From IMG/VR virus record IMGVR_UViG_3300040801_004562, positions 34,253-98,252 of that record: a stretch of 64,000 bases of DNA; one strand, 5' to 3'. The translations under genes were made by a program, and so were the position numbers. Under the pieces are notes generated by a model. It saw nothing but the letters and a program-made list of their open reading frames with translations, was not told the origin of the DNA and searched no databases. Origin of the DNA: a virus. This document shows positions 28,426 to 38,982 of the stretch, piece by piece (position 1 is the first letter of the stretch; each line of letters starts with the position of its first letter).

Positions 28426-29216
28426 CCACTCCTGCTGAAAATATGCTGAGGACGGAGCAGTATCCGTTCGCTGAGTTGTACGAGATCATTACAGGAACCG
28501 CAGTTGCCAGGTACACGTCGTATCACCAAGCGTTGATCGTGGCTGACCTTGAGTATAAGCCTGCCTCCATCCGCCGGTCTGGTCTGAGCTTCGATACAGC
28601 CATGGGAGATGTTCGTGTGACGCTGACCTCCACGGTGCTGGCAGAGCTGGCTGTCTTCATTGCGAACAACCCGACTGAATCCACCCTGATCCGGTGCCTG
28701 CGTGCGGTGACAGACGCTCTTGATGACTGGGTGATCCTTTTCCAGGGGCCGGTGGTGTCGGTTGGGTTCGAAGAAGAACGGGCCTCGGCAACGATCTCCG
28801 CGAGCGGAAATGTGCTGAATAACATCCTGCCGCCGTTCATGTATCAGGCCCGATGTAACCATTTCCTGTTTGACGGAGGTTGTCAGGTCAACAAGTACTT
28901 TTACGAGGTGGAAGGTCCGGTGGTGGTGTCTGGGTCGAACCTTGTTGTCGCCGCCTGCGCCTCTTACGACGATGGCTATTTCACGCAGGGATTTGTCGAG
29001 TACCAGAATGATTCACGCCTGATCCTGAAGCATGTCGGAAACACGTTGACACTGCATGTCCCGTTTGATTCCAGGGTGTACGATGGGGTGACGGCAAAGA
29101 TCTACCCCGGCTGCGACGGCTCTCCGGAAACCTGCAAGACGAAGTACAATAACTGGGTCCGTTTTGTCGGAATGCCAATGATTCCGTCGAAAAGCCCGGT
29201 GGTGTGGGGAATATGA
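28422..29216 (+). CDS. tail hub protein, DUF2163/BR0599 family (Cys-ligated Fe-S)
   Basis: YQARCNHFLFDGGC...PGCDGSPETCKTKYNN..RFVGMP. Confidence 0.88.
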   Translation: MTTPAENMLRTEQYPFAELYEIITGTAVARYTSYHQALIVADLEYKPASIRRSGLSFDTAMGDVRVTLTSTVLAELAVFIANNPTESTLIRCLRAVTDALDDWVILFQGPVVSVGFEEERASATISASGNVLNNILPPFMYQARCNHFLFDGGCQVNKYFYEVEGPVVVSGSNLVVAACASYDDGYFTQGFVEYQNDSRLILKHVGNTLTLHVPFDSRVYDGVTAKIYPGCDGSPETCKTKYNNWVRFVGMPMIPSKSPVVWGI

Positions 29217-29704
29217 CGCGCTGGTACTTTGAAAGCGAAGAGCGCTGGCTGCCTGTGAAAGATGAACTGCTTTCATGGGACGGCACCCCGCACCGGCACA
29301 TGCAGGCCGTAAAAGGCCGCGCTGCTGATTGCTCCCTCTTCCTTTTGCAAACGTTTGCAAAATTCGGTCTTGCTGGGGAGTGCCCGGTTCCTGAACTGCA
29401 GACAGATTGGTGGCTGCACTCGGACCGGGAGGTTTTGATCGAATGCTGGGAGGAATGTCTGAGCGCCACCCATCCTGACGGCCTATGGTGGCACTCGCTC
29501 GATCCGGATCGGGAAGAGGCTTTCCGGGGAGACCTGCTGCTGTTCAATATGGATCTGAATGTCTCGACCCACGCGGCGGTGTTCATGGGTCCGAACCTGA
29601 TCCACAGCGTGAACCGGTCAAGAAGTGGGGTTTGCCAATCCACGTACTGCCTTTGGTGGAAGAAGAGGATTACACGAATGTTCCGGCTGGGGGACCTTGA
29701 ATAA
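29213..29704 (+). CDS. NlpC/P60 tail-associated peptidase
   Basis: WDGTPHRH...ADCSLF...GDLLLF...HAAVFMG...IHS. Confidence 0.85.
   Translation: MTRWYFESEERWLPVKDELLSWDGTPHRHMQAVKGRAADCSLFLLQTFAKFGLAGECPVPELQTDWWLHSDREVLIECWEECLSATHPDGLWWHSLDPDREEAFRGDLLLFNMDLNVSTHAAVFMGPNLIHSVNRSRSGVCQSTYCLWWKKRITRMFRLGDLE
29345..29360. promoter_or_regulatory. 16-bp palindrome, copy 6 (inside CDS)
   Basis: Perfect; encodes LQTFAK in the NlpC/P60 gene. Confidence 0.8.
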
Positions 29705-32340
29705 TGGGGATTGAGATTGCCACCGCATTGACGTACGCCTACTACGCGATTGTCGTCGCTGGCATCGTCTACTCGATTTACATGATGTCGAAGGGCGCCG
29801 GGACCCCAGAGAATATGTCTCCGAACAAGCTCGGTGACTTCAATATTACGACGGCCCAGGAAGGCATGACAGTCCCGAAGGTCTTCGGTCGCTGGAAGAT
29901 CACCGGCAACATTATGTGGTATGGGAATCTGAAGACCGAGGAGATCAAGGAGAAGGTTGACGGGGGCGGCGGTCTGTTCGGGGGTGGGTCTTCGAAGGTG
30001 GTTGTCGGGTACAAGTATTTCCTCGACATCTGGCAGGGACTGGCGATGGGGAAGCTTGCCATCATCACGACCTATATCCAGGAAGAGGAGAAGGACGTCG
30101 ATTACTCGACGATTCTGTTCAATGATGGGGAGAATGGGGTTTACCCGACGTACCCCGGTGAGTACGCCTCTGTCCTGCCGGGGATCAGCCACGTCTTTTA
30201 CCGCCGAATGTATATCGGAGACAACGTGACGTATGTTCCGACTGTGCATTTCGTGGTTGAAAGCACGCTGCCGACATCGGTGACCGGGAATATAGATTAC
30301 GCGCAGATGACCGACGGACAGAATCCGGCTGCCATCATTTATGCGCTTTTGAGAGATGCCGGTGCGCTCGCAACCGATATCAACCTTGTCTCGTTCAATA
30401 CCGCTGCGGCTTATTGGAACACGAAGGGGTACGCCCTGAATGTTGTCTTCACCAAGCAGCAGAAATGCCGGGAGATGATCGAATACGTCCTCTCGTTTGT
30501 GGGTGGAGCGTTTGGCCAGGATGAAAACTGGCAGTATTACCTGAATCCGTTCGACGAGGCTGACACCCCGGAGTTCACTCTGTCTGATGCCGCCGGTGAT
30601 TTCCTGAAGTTCAAGTTCAAGCGGAAGACATGGGAGGACGTCCACAGCCATTTTACCGCGAAGTATATCGATTCCGCGCAGGATTACACCGAGCGGACTG
30701 TCAGCACCTACAACCCGGCGGTATACCAGATCACCAAGGTGAAGAAGCACCTGTCACTTGATCTGACAGCCTTTCGGACTGTGGACGGGGCGTCGAAGCG
30801 GATATGGGAGGTGATGAAAGAGGCGAGCTACCCGTACGCCGAGCTGGAGATCACCACCAGTTTGAAGTGGTACCGGCTGAATATCGGGGCAGCTGTCTAC
30901 ATTGAGAATGCCCGGTACGGGATTTCGAATGCGCCCTTTCGTGTGATCAGAAAAGAGCTTGGGGGGATTGATTCAAATGAGATCACCCTGTATCTGCGCC
31001 AAATGACAGAGAAGCTCTTCGACGCGAATTATGTGGCATCTGGTGGAACCTACTGGCAGAATCCGGACTATTCCCCAGATCCGCTTGCCTACTCCCGAAT
31101 TTTTGAGCTTCCGTACATGGGAGGCGTGCTGGCTGTCCGTTACCTTCTTCTGGCCGCCCGGACGAATGTCTTTGAAACCGGCTTCTCTGTCTGGACTTCG
31201 GTTGGAGGGGCAGAATATGTGCTGGAGGGGCAGTACTCGACCTTTGCCCAGCGAGGAACTTTGAGCGAAGCCTGCCCCGGTCCTGGGGAGGTGGAGGAGA
31301 TCGATTTCACGACCGGCATCTTGTATGCGACGACCCAGGAAGATCCGGTTTTCTCGACGATCTCAATCGAAGCCGCCTTGTCCGCACCCCGGATTGCCAT
31401 CATTGAAAACGAGATTATCGGGTTTGCAACGGTTGCTTATGAAGGCGGCTCCGACATCCGGCTGACAGGCGTGATCCGGGGAATGTTCAACACGACGATT
31501 GCCTCTCATGCCTCCGGGACCGAGATCTGGCTGGTGGAGCTGAACAGTAATATTCTGGATGGCATGACCGAGCCGACCTTCAATGTGAAGCTTTGCCCGT
31601 ACTCCCATCAAGGTGCTCTTGATCCGGCGAGTGTTGGCTATACGACGGTGACGAAGACGAATCTGGCGCTGAAGCCTCTGCCCCCCAATTTCCGAATGAT
31701 ACGCCGATCGACGAACCTCGACTACATCGAACTCGACATCGACGTTGTTCTCAAGAATGGGACCGGTGCCGGGCTTGAGCTTGCATCTGTTGCCGACTTC
31801 GCCACAATGGGTTCTGATCACAAAGTGGAGTACCAGTTTTACAACGCCAACGGTGCTTGGGTAATCCATGAAACGACCTCTCCCAAGGTGTATCACTATG
31901 TGTCTGGAACTGATAACACCGCCGATATAAACAAGGTTCGGATGCGAACTGTTCATGTTCCGAGCAACACGTATTCGGATTACACGCCAGAGCTTGTCTG
32001 CTCTGATTTCCCAAGGTCGGTCGATACAGAAAATTTGAACGTTTGGTATTGGATACCACGAACGTCGCTTTACGCCGGTTCTGGGGACATCATGCTTTCT
32101 AAGTTGAGATTCGGCCAGTCTGCCTTTTCGCGAACGGTTGACCGATTCTTTTTGGATCTTGCGGAGACGATCAGTATCTTGAACTTTCCGGACGTTAATC
32201 CGACCGGAATCTGGGACCAGTATGTCCTTATCTGGGATGCGGCCACCGAGAAGTTTGTTGCCGTTCACAGAGATACTGTTTCATGGTTCCCGCCGACGAC
32301 GACCACTGAACCACCGCCGACCACGACGACCACGGTATAG
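29704..32340 (+). CDS. central tail tip/host-specificity protein; ends PPTTTTEPPPTTTTTV
   Basis: EGMTVPKVFG...GNIMWYG, NPAAIIYALL, LTGVIRGMFNT motifs. Confidence 0.85.
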   Translation: MGIEIATALTYAYYAIVVAGIVYSIYMMSKGAGTPENMSPNKLGDFNITTAQEGMTVPKVFGRWKITGNIMWYGNLKTEEIKEKVDGGGGLFGGGSSKVVVGYKYFLDIWQGLAMGKLAIITTYIQEEEKDVDYSTILFNDGENGVYPTYPGEYASVLPGISHVFYRRMYIGDNVTYVPTVHFVVESTLPTSVTGNIDYAQMTDGQNPAAIIYALLRDAGALATDINLVSFNTAAAYWNTKGYALNVVFTKQQKCREMIEYVLSFVGGAFGQDENWQYYLNPFDEADTPEFTLSDAAGDFLKFKFKRKTWEDVHSHFTAKYIDSAQDYTERTVSTYNPAVYQITKVKKHLSLDLTAFRTVDGASKRIWEVMKEASYPYAELEITTSLKWYRLNIGAAVYIENARYGISNAPFRVIRKELGGIDSNEITLYLRQMTEKLFDANYVASGGTYWQNPDYSPDPLAYSRIFELPYMGGVLAVRYLLLAARTNVFETGFSVWTSVGGAEYVLEGQYSTFAQRGTLSEACPGPGEVEEIDFTTGILYATTQEDPVFSTISIEAALSAPRIAIIENEIIGFATVAYEGGSDIRLTGVIRGMFNTTIASHASGTEIWLVELNSNILDGMTEPTFNVKLCPYSHQGALDPASVGYTTVTKTNLALKPLPPNFRMIRRSTNLDYIELDIDVVLKNGTGAGLELASVADFATMGSDHKVEYQFYNANGAWVIHETTSPKVYHYVSGTDNTADINKVRMRTVHVPSNTYSDYTPELVCSDFPRSVDTENLNVWYWIPRTSLYAGSGDIMLSKLRFGQSAFSRTVDRFFLDLAETISILNFPDVNPTGIWDQYVLIWDAATEKFVAVHRDTVSWFPPTTTTEPPPTTTTTV

Positions 32341-32349
32341 GAGGAGATA

Positions 32350-32568
32350 ATGGCACTCGCGACTATAACTGGAGGTTGGTACTACAAGCTGGCTACTCCG
32401 TTGGTTTTGAACTGGCATCATGTCTTTAACGCCAACGTGGACAAGCTGTACCGGGATCATCTCAAGTTTGCAGAGCTTCGGAATGTAGATACCACCGGAC
32501 TACAAGACGGGGACGCCCTGGAGTGGGACACCACCACGTCCAAGTGGATTGTCCGGAGAACTTACTGA
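32350..32568 (+). CDS. small tail-fibre-associated protein
   Basis: ELRNVDTTGLQDGDALEWD...KW motif; SD GGAGG. Confidence 0.7.
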   Translation: MALATITGGWYYKLATPLVLNWHHVFNANVDKLYRDHLKFAELRNVDTTGLQDGDALEWDTTTSKWIVRRTY

Positions 32569-33401
32569 TGACGTATTACGCTACCCCTGCCACCGGACTT
32601 TACTTTTTGATCTTTGATGGCCTTTCGCCGACCAATTTTGCTGCAAATGTCGATGCAAACTGGCAGAAGCTCTATGACCGTTGGAATGTCCCGTACATGC
32701 CGGATTGGAAAGGCGATCCTGTCGATGACGGCAAGGTGATGGTATATGATCCGGCTTACCCTGGATTCGGTACGTGGATTCCAGCACCACCCGAAGATCT
32801 GTCGATATATGAATACAATGCTCTGAATCTTTCGGATCAAGGTAGCGCCAATTTCATAGAGTCAGTTGATGGGCTGACTTTCACGACGGTGGACGTCAAT
32901 GACTCTTGGAACGGCTGCAGGTGCAATTTTGGTGTTTCCTCCGGAAAGTGGTACTGGGAGATGAAAGTCGGCTCCTTGGACAACTACCTCGGGGTTGGGG
33001 TTTGTACGCCGACCGCAAGCCTGGAGAGTTATGTCGGAAACACTGCTGATGGGTGGATGTGGTCTGACAACTACGGCGCGACCAGGAACAATGGTACGAA
33101 CTATTGTACCGGCTGCAGCTGTGCGGCGAACGATATCATCATGTGCGCCTTGGATATGGATAATCGCAAGTTCTTTGTAGGGAAAAACGGCGTGTGGTGC
33201 GGGGCTGGAAATCCGGCGGCCGGGACCGGCTACTGTGGTCCGTTACTGCCAGAGGCAACGGAGATGTTTCCTGCAGTGATCTTGTACAATAACTATCCAC
33301 GTACCGGGACTTTGAACTTTGGGTATAGCGGGTTTACCTACAATGCGCCTGCCGGGTTTTATCAAATGAGGCGATTGAAGTTGACGACGACCACAGTGTA
33401 A
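32568..33401 (+). CDS. SPRY/ConA-like domain virion protein; ends KLTTTTV
   Basis: GKWYWEMKV...GVGVCT...DIIMCALDMDNRK...LNFG; TGATG coupling. Confidence 0.8.
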   Translation: MTYYATPATGLYFLIFDGLSPTNFAANVDANWQKLYDRWNVPYMPDWKGDPVDDGKVMVYDPAYPGFGTWIPAPPEDLSIYEYNALNLSDQGSANFIESVDGLTFTTVDVNDSWNGCRCNFGVSSGKWYWEMKVGSLDNYLGVGVCTPTASLESYVGNTADGWMWSDNYGATRNNGTNYCTGCSCAANDIIMCALDMDNRKFFVGKNGVWCGAGNPAAGTGYCGPLLPEATEMFPAVILYNNYPRTGTLNFGYSGFTYNAPAGFYQMRRLKLTTTTV

Positions 33402-33403
33402 TT

Positions 33404-33419
33404 TTGCAAACGTTTGCAA
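33404..33419. promoter_or_regulatory. 16-bp palindrome, copy 7
   Basis: Perfect; upstream of the GT4-like gene. Confidence 0.85.
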
Positions 33420-33459
33420 ATGCGGCTGTTCGACAGAACTGCATGCAAAAGGAGGATCG

Positions 33460-34728
33460 ATGAAAGAGAAGATTGCCATCCTGACCACCTTTCGGGAATT
33501 TATCCCCGGATACAGTTTAACAGGCATCGTCTGGGACCAGTATAAACTGCTGACTCGGCAGGGCCATCAGGTGGATATTTTCGTTGCGGAGGATTACCAC
33601 GGCAGGGGAACCCCTCCGGACTTCAAGGGCATCGAGGAGCAGATGCAGAGGAGGATCCCGAAAGCCAAACTGACCGATTACCAATCTCTGAAGCAGATGT
33701 CGACCGAGCACAGAGACGTTGCCACCAGAATGGAGGTCATGTGCCTGGAAGTCCTTTCCTCCTACCACGCGGTTTTTACCCATGATCTTATTTTTACCGG
33801 CTGGAACCTCCCGTACGGCCAGGGGATCAGGAAAGCCTCCCCCTCCATGCCGAACACGAAGTGGCTGCACTGGATTCACTCGATCCCGAGTGGTTTCAGA
33901 GACTTCTGGAATATGCGGGCTTTCGGACCAAGGCATCGATTGATCTACCCCAACCGTACAGACCTCCGGAGGGTGGCTGAGCAGTTCCGAACAGAGATTG
34001 AATCTTGCCGTGTTATTCCCCACCCAAAAGATCTCAGGAGCTGGTTCGAGTTTTCGGACCTGACGTGCTCATTTATTGACGACTTTCCGGGGATGATGGA
34101 GGCGGATATTATTCAGCTTTACCCCGCTTCATCCGATCGTTTGGAAGCGAAGGGAGTGCAGGACCTGATCCTTATTTTTGCCTGGATGAAAAAATGCGGC
34201 TTCAATGTATGTCTCACCATTGCAAACCAGCACGCAACAGATCGGGTTGCTGCGTCTTCTCCTGCAAAGATGCAGGCGATCGCAGGAAGGAATGGACTAT
34301 CAAGTTCCGAGGTGATATTTACGTCGAATTGGAGGGAGGGTGAGTTCAAATCCGGTCTGCCCAAGAGGACTATCCGTGAGCTTTTTCAGTGCTCCAATCT
34401 GTTCATATTCCCGACAAATCACGAGACATTTGGGTTGGTGTTGCCCGAGGCAGTTCTTGCTGGCGGGGTGCTCCCGGTGCTGAACAAATCCTTGGGAATG
34501 ATGGCGGAGGTTACCGGATTGAACGCTGATTATATCGACTTCGGCGCCTTCAATGCGGTCACGAATCGGGCGCCGCGCTTCCACGAAGGAGTTGCGCGGA
34601 GTGTTATTGGAAGACTGCAGAGAAATGAGGCTGTTATGACCAAAACCTATATTCGTCAACGGTACAACTGGGACAACCTGTACCGACGGTTTTATCAGCC
34701 GATCATTGCGGAGTCTGAAAACTGGTAG
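33460..34728 (+). CDS. glycosyltransferase, GT-B/GT4-like
   Basis: LFIFPTNHETFGLVLPEA (E-X7-E), GHQVDIF, KG motif. Confidence 0.88.
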   Translation: MKEKIAILTTFREFIPGYSLTGIVWDQYKLLTRQGHQVDIFVAEDYHGRGTPPDFKGIEEQMQRRIPKAKLTDYQSLKQMSTEHRDVATRMEVMCLEVLSSYHAVFTHDLIFTGWNLPYGQGIRKASPSMPNTKWLHWIHSIPSGFRDFWNMRAFGPRHRLIYPNRTDLRRVAEQFRTEIESCRVIPHPKDLRSWFEFSDLTCSFIDDFPGMMEADIIQLYPASSDRLEAKGVQDLILIFAWMKKCGFNVCLTIANQHATDRVAASSPAKMQAIAGRNGLSSSEVIFTSNWREGEFKSGLPKRTIRELFQCSNLFIFPTNHETFGLVLPEAVLAGGVLPVLNKSLGMMAEVTGLNADYIDFGAFNAVTNRAPRFHEGVARSVIGRLQRNEAVMTKTYIRQRYNWDNLYRRFYQPIIAESENW

Positions 34729-34749
34729 TTAAACTGGAGGGAACGAATT

Positions 34750-36693
34750 ATGGCCATTGGTGACGATTTCAGTGTGAACGCTGCCGGGGACATCCGCCAC
34801 GTTGCGAACACCAATACGTACACGGTGTTGGAGCTGCACCGCTGGTTGCAGGACTTGGCGGATGACGCAGAGGCGTCTGGTAACGACGTTATCGACATTT
34901 CCCGGTCCACCCCGTCTGAACGGTCGACAGACCAGATTATTCAGCTTCTTGGGTCGTACAATATCGACGACGATGCTGCTGAATATCTCTATGGTGGGTC
35001 GATCAAACAAGGATCAGGAGCTACCGAAGAGATTTACGCGGGGCTGAAGATCCTCGGTGCTGTGAACAATTCGAACACGCAGCTGATGGTGATCCAGAAC
35101 AACGATTATTATCAGTTCACGACGACTCCGACTGCCCCGTTCTGGGGGGATCAGTCGACAGGCGGGTTGAACGGTAACGCCCAGGAAGGTGTGCTCGCTC
35201 AATTCCTGGTGAAATGCCGGATCGCTGGTGTGGACATCGACAAGCGCCAGATTCGGGTGCAGGCCCGCGAATGGGGCGACACGTACGACTTCTTCAATGT
35301 GACCCTTGGAGAAGGTGAGTCGGTGGCGGCTATCGGTACCACAGCCGACGCTCAGAACGACACTGCCATCGGAACCGTCCAGGCGTGGGCCGGTGGGGAC
35401 ATCCCGACGAATACGGAAGGCTACCAGACCATTGATCTGAACAATGGCAACGGGGCCAAGCCGTATTACAGCAAGTGGACGTTCAATTCGAACACGGCCG
35501 GGTTGAAGGCGATCTGGGAGTACATCAAGGAGATCACCGGAAACAACAGCCCGGAAGCTGCAGCTCCCCACAGCATGAATGGTGAGCTTTTTCTCGGCAT
35601 CACGCACAGCTTTGGCTACGATGCGGGCGGGGCCTTTACCGAAGATGAGCTTGTCGTCTGGGGAACTGACGTCACTTACGACACGCTGGTTGGGGGCACC
35701 TTCACTGTTGGGAATCTGGTCCGGTTCTCCGGTGGGGCTGCGGGGCAGGTCGTTTACGACAACGGGACGACAAGCCTCAAGTTTATGACCGAGGACGTCG
35801 CCGACACGATCGCCAACGACGAGACGATTACCGAGTATGATCCTTCCACCGGGGCGGCAACTGGTGTCACTGCTGCTGTCAATGTCACGGTTGCCGGTGC
35901 GGATAAGGAAGGCGGCGTTGGAAGGGTGCTCGGGGCAACTGGGGCCGCGACCGGCTCGCTGTATATCCAACTGCTGAAGGGCAAGGCGCCTGTCGACAAC
36001 TTGCCGATTCGGGGCATGACTTCGGCCCAAACTGCCGACGTGGCTGGGTCGGTGTCGATCAAGACCGTGCCGAAGATCTTTCTGGGGTCGTATACCGGCT
36101 CCCTGATTGGTGCTTACGGCATCGGTGTGGATGCTGCTGATCTGTCAGCCTCTGATCGTCTCACCGCCTTGGATGGTACAGACCAGCAGCCCCCGAACAA
36201 TGTCACCTTCACCCTGTCCGGTCTGGTTGTTGGAGACCGGGTGCTTGTCGGGAAGAAGGCGGCGGGGAGCGACTTCGACTTTGCCGAGATGACGCTGGCT
36301 ACCTCCCTGACTGGTGCCGCAGTAACCTCGGTTGTGGTCAATGCCATCCCTGCTGATGCGCCGCAGATCGGCGTCCTGAGAATCACCCTGGATGACGGGC
36401 GAATTCGCCGGGTGCCTTATACGTCCCACAACGGATCGAACACCTTCACGATCGGATCGACCAGCTTTGTCGACCCGAATGACGCCACCAGCGGCAACGG
36501 CGTCATGTTGGCCTTCATCGACAAGGCGGCCGAGGATATCTCCGAAGCCTTCACCGTCGTCTACAATGCTCCGCGAACCCTGTGGGTCCGGGTTCGGGAT
36601 GGCGGGGCAAGCCCCATCAAAACGTACGAGTCCCAGGCGGCGCTCGGTTCCGGCGGTGGTGCTGCCACGGCCCTTCGAATCAGTGACGCATGA
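34750..36693 (+). CDS. large virion fibre/spike-associated protein
   Basis: Gly/Thr/Asp-rich beta protein in the tail module. Confidence 0.65.
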   Translation: MAIGDDFSVNAAGDIRHVANTNTYTVLELHRWLQDLADDAEASGNDVIDISRSTPSERSTDQIIQLLGSYNIDDDAAEYLYGGSIKQGSGATEEIYAGLKILGAVNNSNTQLMVIQNNDYYQFTTTPTAPFWGDQSTGGLNGNAQEGVLAQFLVKCRIAGVDIDKRQIRVQAREWGDTYDFFNVTLGEGESVAAIGTTADAQNDTAIGTVQAWAGGDIPTNTEGYQTIDLNNGNGAKPYYSKWTFNSNTAGLKAIWEYIKEITGNNSPEAAAPHSMNGELFLGITHSFGYDAGGAFTEDELVVWGTDVTYDTLVGGTFTVGNLVRFSGGAAGQVVYDNGTTSLKFMTEDVADTIANDETITEYDPSTGAATGVTAAVNVTVAGADKEGGVGRVLGATGAATGSLYIQLLKGKAPVDNLPIRGMTSAQTADVAGSVSIKTVPKIFLGSYTGSLIGAYGIGVDAADLSASDRLTALDGTDQQPPNNVTFTLSGLVVGDRVLVGKKAAGSDFDFAEMTLATSLTGAAVTSVVVNAIPADAPQIGVLRITLDDGRIRRVPYTSHNGSNTFTIGSTSFVDPNDATSGNGVMLAFIDKAAEDISEAFTVVYNAPRTLWVRVRDGGASPIKTYESQAALGSGGGAATALRISDA

Positions 36694-37166
36694 TGAAGAA
36701 CTGCGATCAATGCGCCCTGTGCTGCAAGCTGCTGGACGTCCCCGGACTTGCGGCCCCTGGCGCATGGTGTCCGCACTGCAAACCCGGAAAGGCCGGGGGC
36801 GGCTGTACGATTCACGCTGACCGCCCTCCGGTCTGTTCCGGTTTTGACTGTCTGTGGAGAACCTCCAGCGTTATGGATGAGCCGCTGCGGCCGGATCGCT
36901 GCGGGATCGTCTTTGAACTGTTCACGCCGGAGAAGTTTGTGGTCGCGATGGTGGATCAGCATAGACGGGATGCGTGGAAGTCCGGTAGGGCGGCACTGTT
37001 GATCCAGCAAATGTTGCGAGATGGCTTCTTTGTCTGGATCATGGTTGGAAAAGACAGAACCCTGTTGCTGCCCACCGGATGCACCGAACGGGAGGCACAT
37101 GCCCGTTCTGCCGAAGCCTATAAGCGAAAAGTAGGAGCTGGAAATGACAGCGCCCAGCTACACTGA
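36690..37166 (+). CDS. YkgJ-like CxxCxxCC cysteine-cluster protein
   Basis: CDQCALCC...CTIHADRPPVC..FDCLW. Confidence 0.8.
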   Translation: MMKNCDQCALCCKLLDVPGLAAPGAWCPHCKPGKAGGGCTIHADRPPVCSGFDCLWRTSSVMDEPLRPDRCGIVFELFTPEKFVVAMVDQHRRDAWKSGRAALLIQQMLRDGFFVWIMVGKDRTLLLPTGCTEREAHARSAEAYKRKVGAGNDSAQLH

Positions 37167-38982
37167 GGACCTGACCGATTTAGATCTGGCGGAAGCGACT
37201 ACCAACTGGGCAGAGTCGAGTGACGGCAGCTGGGATGACGGCGGCACCCCGACCTTGGATACGGACTATCCGTATTTGCAAGGAAATGGGGCCATTTCCC
37301 AGACGATGACCAAGACCACAATTTGCTCGCTGATGGCGAACTACGGGTCTGGGATCTCGCTGCCGACTGATGGGGCTTACTTTGTCTGGCAAAACTGGAT
37401 GTCGCCCACCGGCTTGAACACTTACGCCAGTGGCGGCATCCGCATTATGGTGGGAAGTGGGACCGGGGCGTTTAAGTGGTGGGCGGTTGGCGGGTCAGAT
37501 CGTGGCCGTAACCCGTATGGTGGTTGGCAGAATAACGTTGTGAATCCGACCATCTCAGCGGATGGGACGGTTGGAAGTCCTACATCTACAGAGCAGTATG
37601 TCGGCTCTGCCATGAATCCGCTTTCTGCCCCGAGTAAAGGTAACCCGCATCAGGTTGACGCTATTCGCTTTGGCAGAGGATCTTCGATCTTTGAGTATGG
37701 AGACGTGGCCAACGGCTACTGTACCTTTGCCGGTTTTGCGGCCCAGAATGACGCCGTTGCCAACCGGTGGGGCCTGATCCAGGCGGCCCAAGGTGGGTAT
37801 CTGTACAAGGGGAAGCTGACCCTTGGGACGACGAGTAATCCGTGCGATTTCAGGGACGCCAATGTCCTTGTCCTGATTGACGACACCCCGAAGGTTACGA
37901 CGAACTTCAATACGCTGGAGGTGAACAACGCTTCCAGCCGGATTGACTGGTCGAATGTTATTTTCAAGGCGCTCGGAACGCAGTCCCCCGGAAGGCTGGT
38001 GTGCAATGCCAATGCTGATCTGAATTGGGACGCATGCCAGTTCTTCAATATGGGGGCCTTTACGCTCGGAGGAAGCGGGAGTGAGCTGCTCAACTGTATT
38101 TGGAACGCCTGTGGCCTGATCACTGTTGCCGGTGGAAAGATCAACGGCAGCAAGATCATCACGCCGACTGTTGCAGCGGATGCTTCGGCGGTAGGCTGGG
38201 ATGTTGCCACAAACCCGGACGGCTACCTCGACGACCTGACCATTTCGCGTGGGGCCAATGCTCACCATGCCATTGGATTCGGCACCTCGTCCCCGTCGAG
38301 TATAACGATTCGCGGCCTGACTGCCACTGGCTTCAATGCGGCGAATGGGCAGAACGATTCGACGTTCTACATCGCCGATTCGAATACCGGAAACAGCTAC
38401 ACGATTTCATGTGTCGGCTGCTCCGGCAACATGACGTACAAAACCGCCGGGGCTTCGGTGACGATTGTCCAGGACCCGGTGACTGTCCGAGTGACTGTTA
38501 CCGACGTTCTCGGCAACACGATTGACGGCGCCCGCGTGCTGGTGAAGGCGTCCAATGCCACCGGCCCCTTTCCGTATCAGGAGTCGATAACGATCAGCAA
38601 CTCTGGAACGACTGCCACTGTGACCCACACCGGCCACGGGATGGCGACGAATGATCATGTTCTGATCGAAGGCGCCTCCTTGCTGGCGAATAATGGTGTC
38701 CACCAGATCACGAAGATAAGCGACAACAGCTATTCGTACACGATGTCGTCTTCGCCCGGAAGCAGCCCGACCGGGACGATAACGGCCACGTTTGTTGCCC
38801 TGTACGGCACCACTTCTGGCGGGGTGGTGTCTACGTCCAGGGTGTACAGCTCAGACCAACCGGTGACCGGCTGGGCGCGGAAAGCGTCCGGAACTCCCTA
38901 TTACAAGCCCGGCCCGATTGTTGGTCCGGTAGATTCGACTGACGGCCTGAACGCAACAGCCGTTATGATCGTGGACGAATAA
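37144..38982 (+). CDS. virion fibre/spike protein (beta-helix-like)
   Basis: Gly/Ser/Thr/Asn-rich; TATVTHTGHG motif. Confidence 0.65.
   Translation: MTAPSYTEDLTDLDLAEATTNWAESSDGSWDDGGTPTLDTDYPYLQGNGAISQTMTKTTICSLMANYGSGISLPTDGAYFVWQNWMSPTGLNTYASGGIRIMVGSGTGAFKWWAVGGSDRGRNPYGGWQNNVVNPTISADGTVGSPTSTEQYVGSAMNPLSAPSKGNPHQVDAIRFGRGSSIFEYGDVANGYCTFAGFAAQNDAVANRWGLIQAAQGGYLYKGKLTLGTTSNPCDFRDANVLVLIDDTPKVTTNFNTLEVNNASSRIDWSNVIFKALGTQSPGRLVCNANADLNWDACQFFNMGAFTLGGSGSELLNCIWNACGLITVAGGKINGSKIITPTVAADASAVGWDVATNPDGYLDDLTISRGANAHHAIGFGTSSPSSITIRGLTATGFNAANGQNDSTFYIADSNTGNSYTISCVGCSGNMTYKTAGASVTIVQDPVTVRVTVTDVLGNTIDGARVLVKASNATGPFPYQESITISNSGTTATVTHTGHGMATNDHVLIEGASLLANNGVHQITKISDNSYSYTMSSSPGSSPTGTITATFVALYGTTSGGVVSTSRVYSSDQPVTGWARKASGTPYYKPGPIVGPVDSTDGLNATAVMIVDE

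Noticed and set aside
28981-30750. Long minus-strand ORFs (e.g. 589 aa here, 413 aa at 13286, 371 aa at 9049)
   Set aside because: Antisense shadows of well-supported + strand genes in GC-rich DNA; no motifs recognised
16261-33401. Poly-Thr ends as ACC microsatellite slippage
   Set aside because: Thr codons are mixed within each run, and the runs are concentrated at C-termini of virion-module genes
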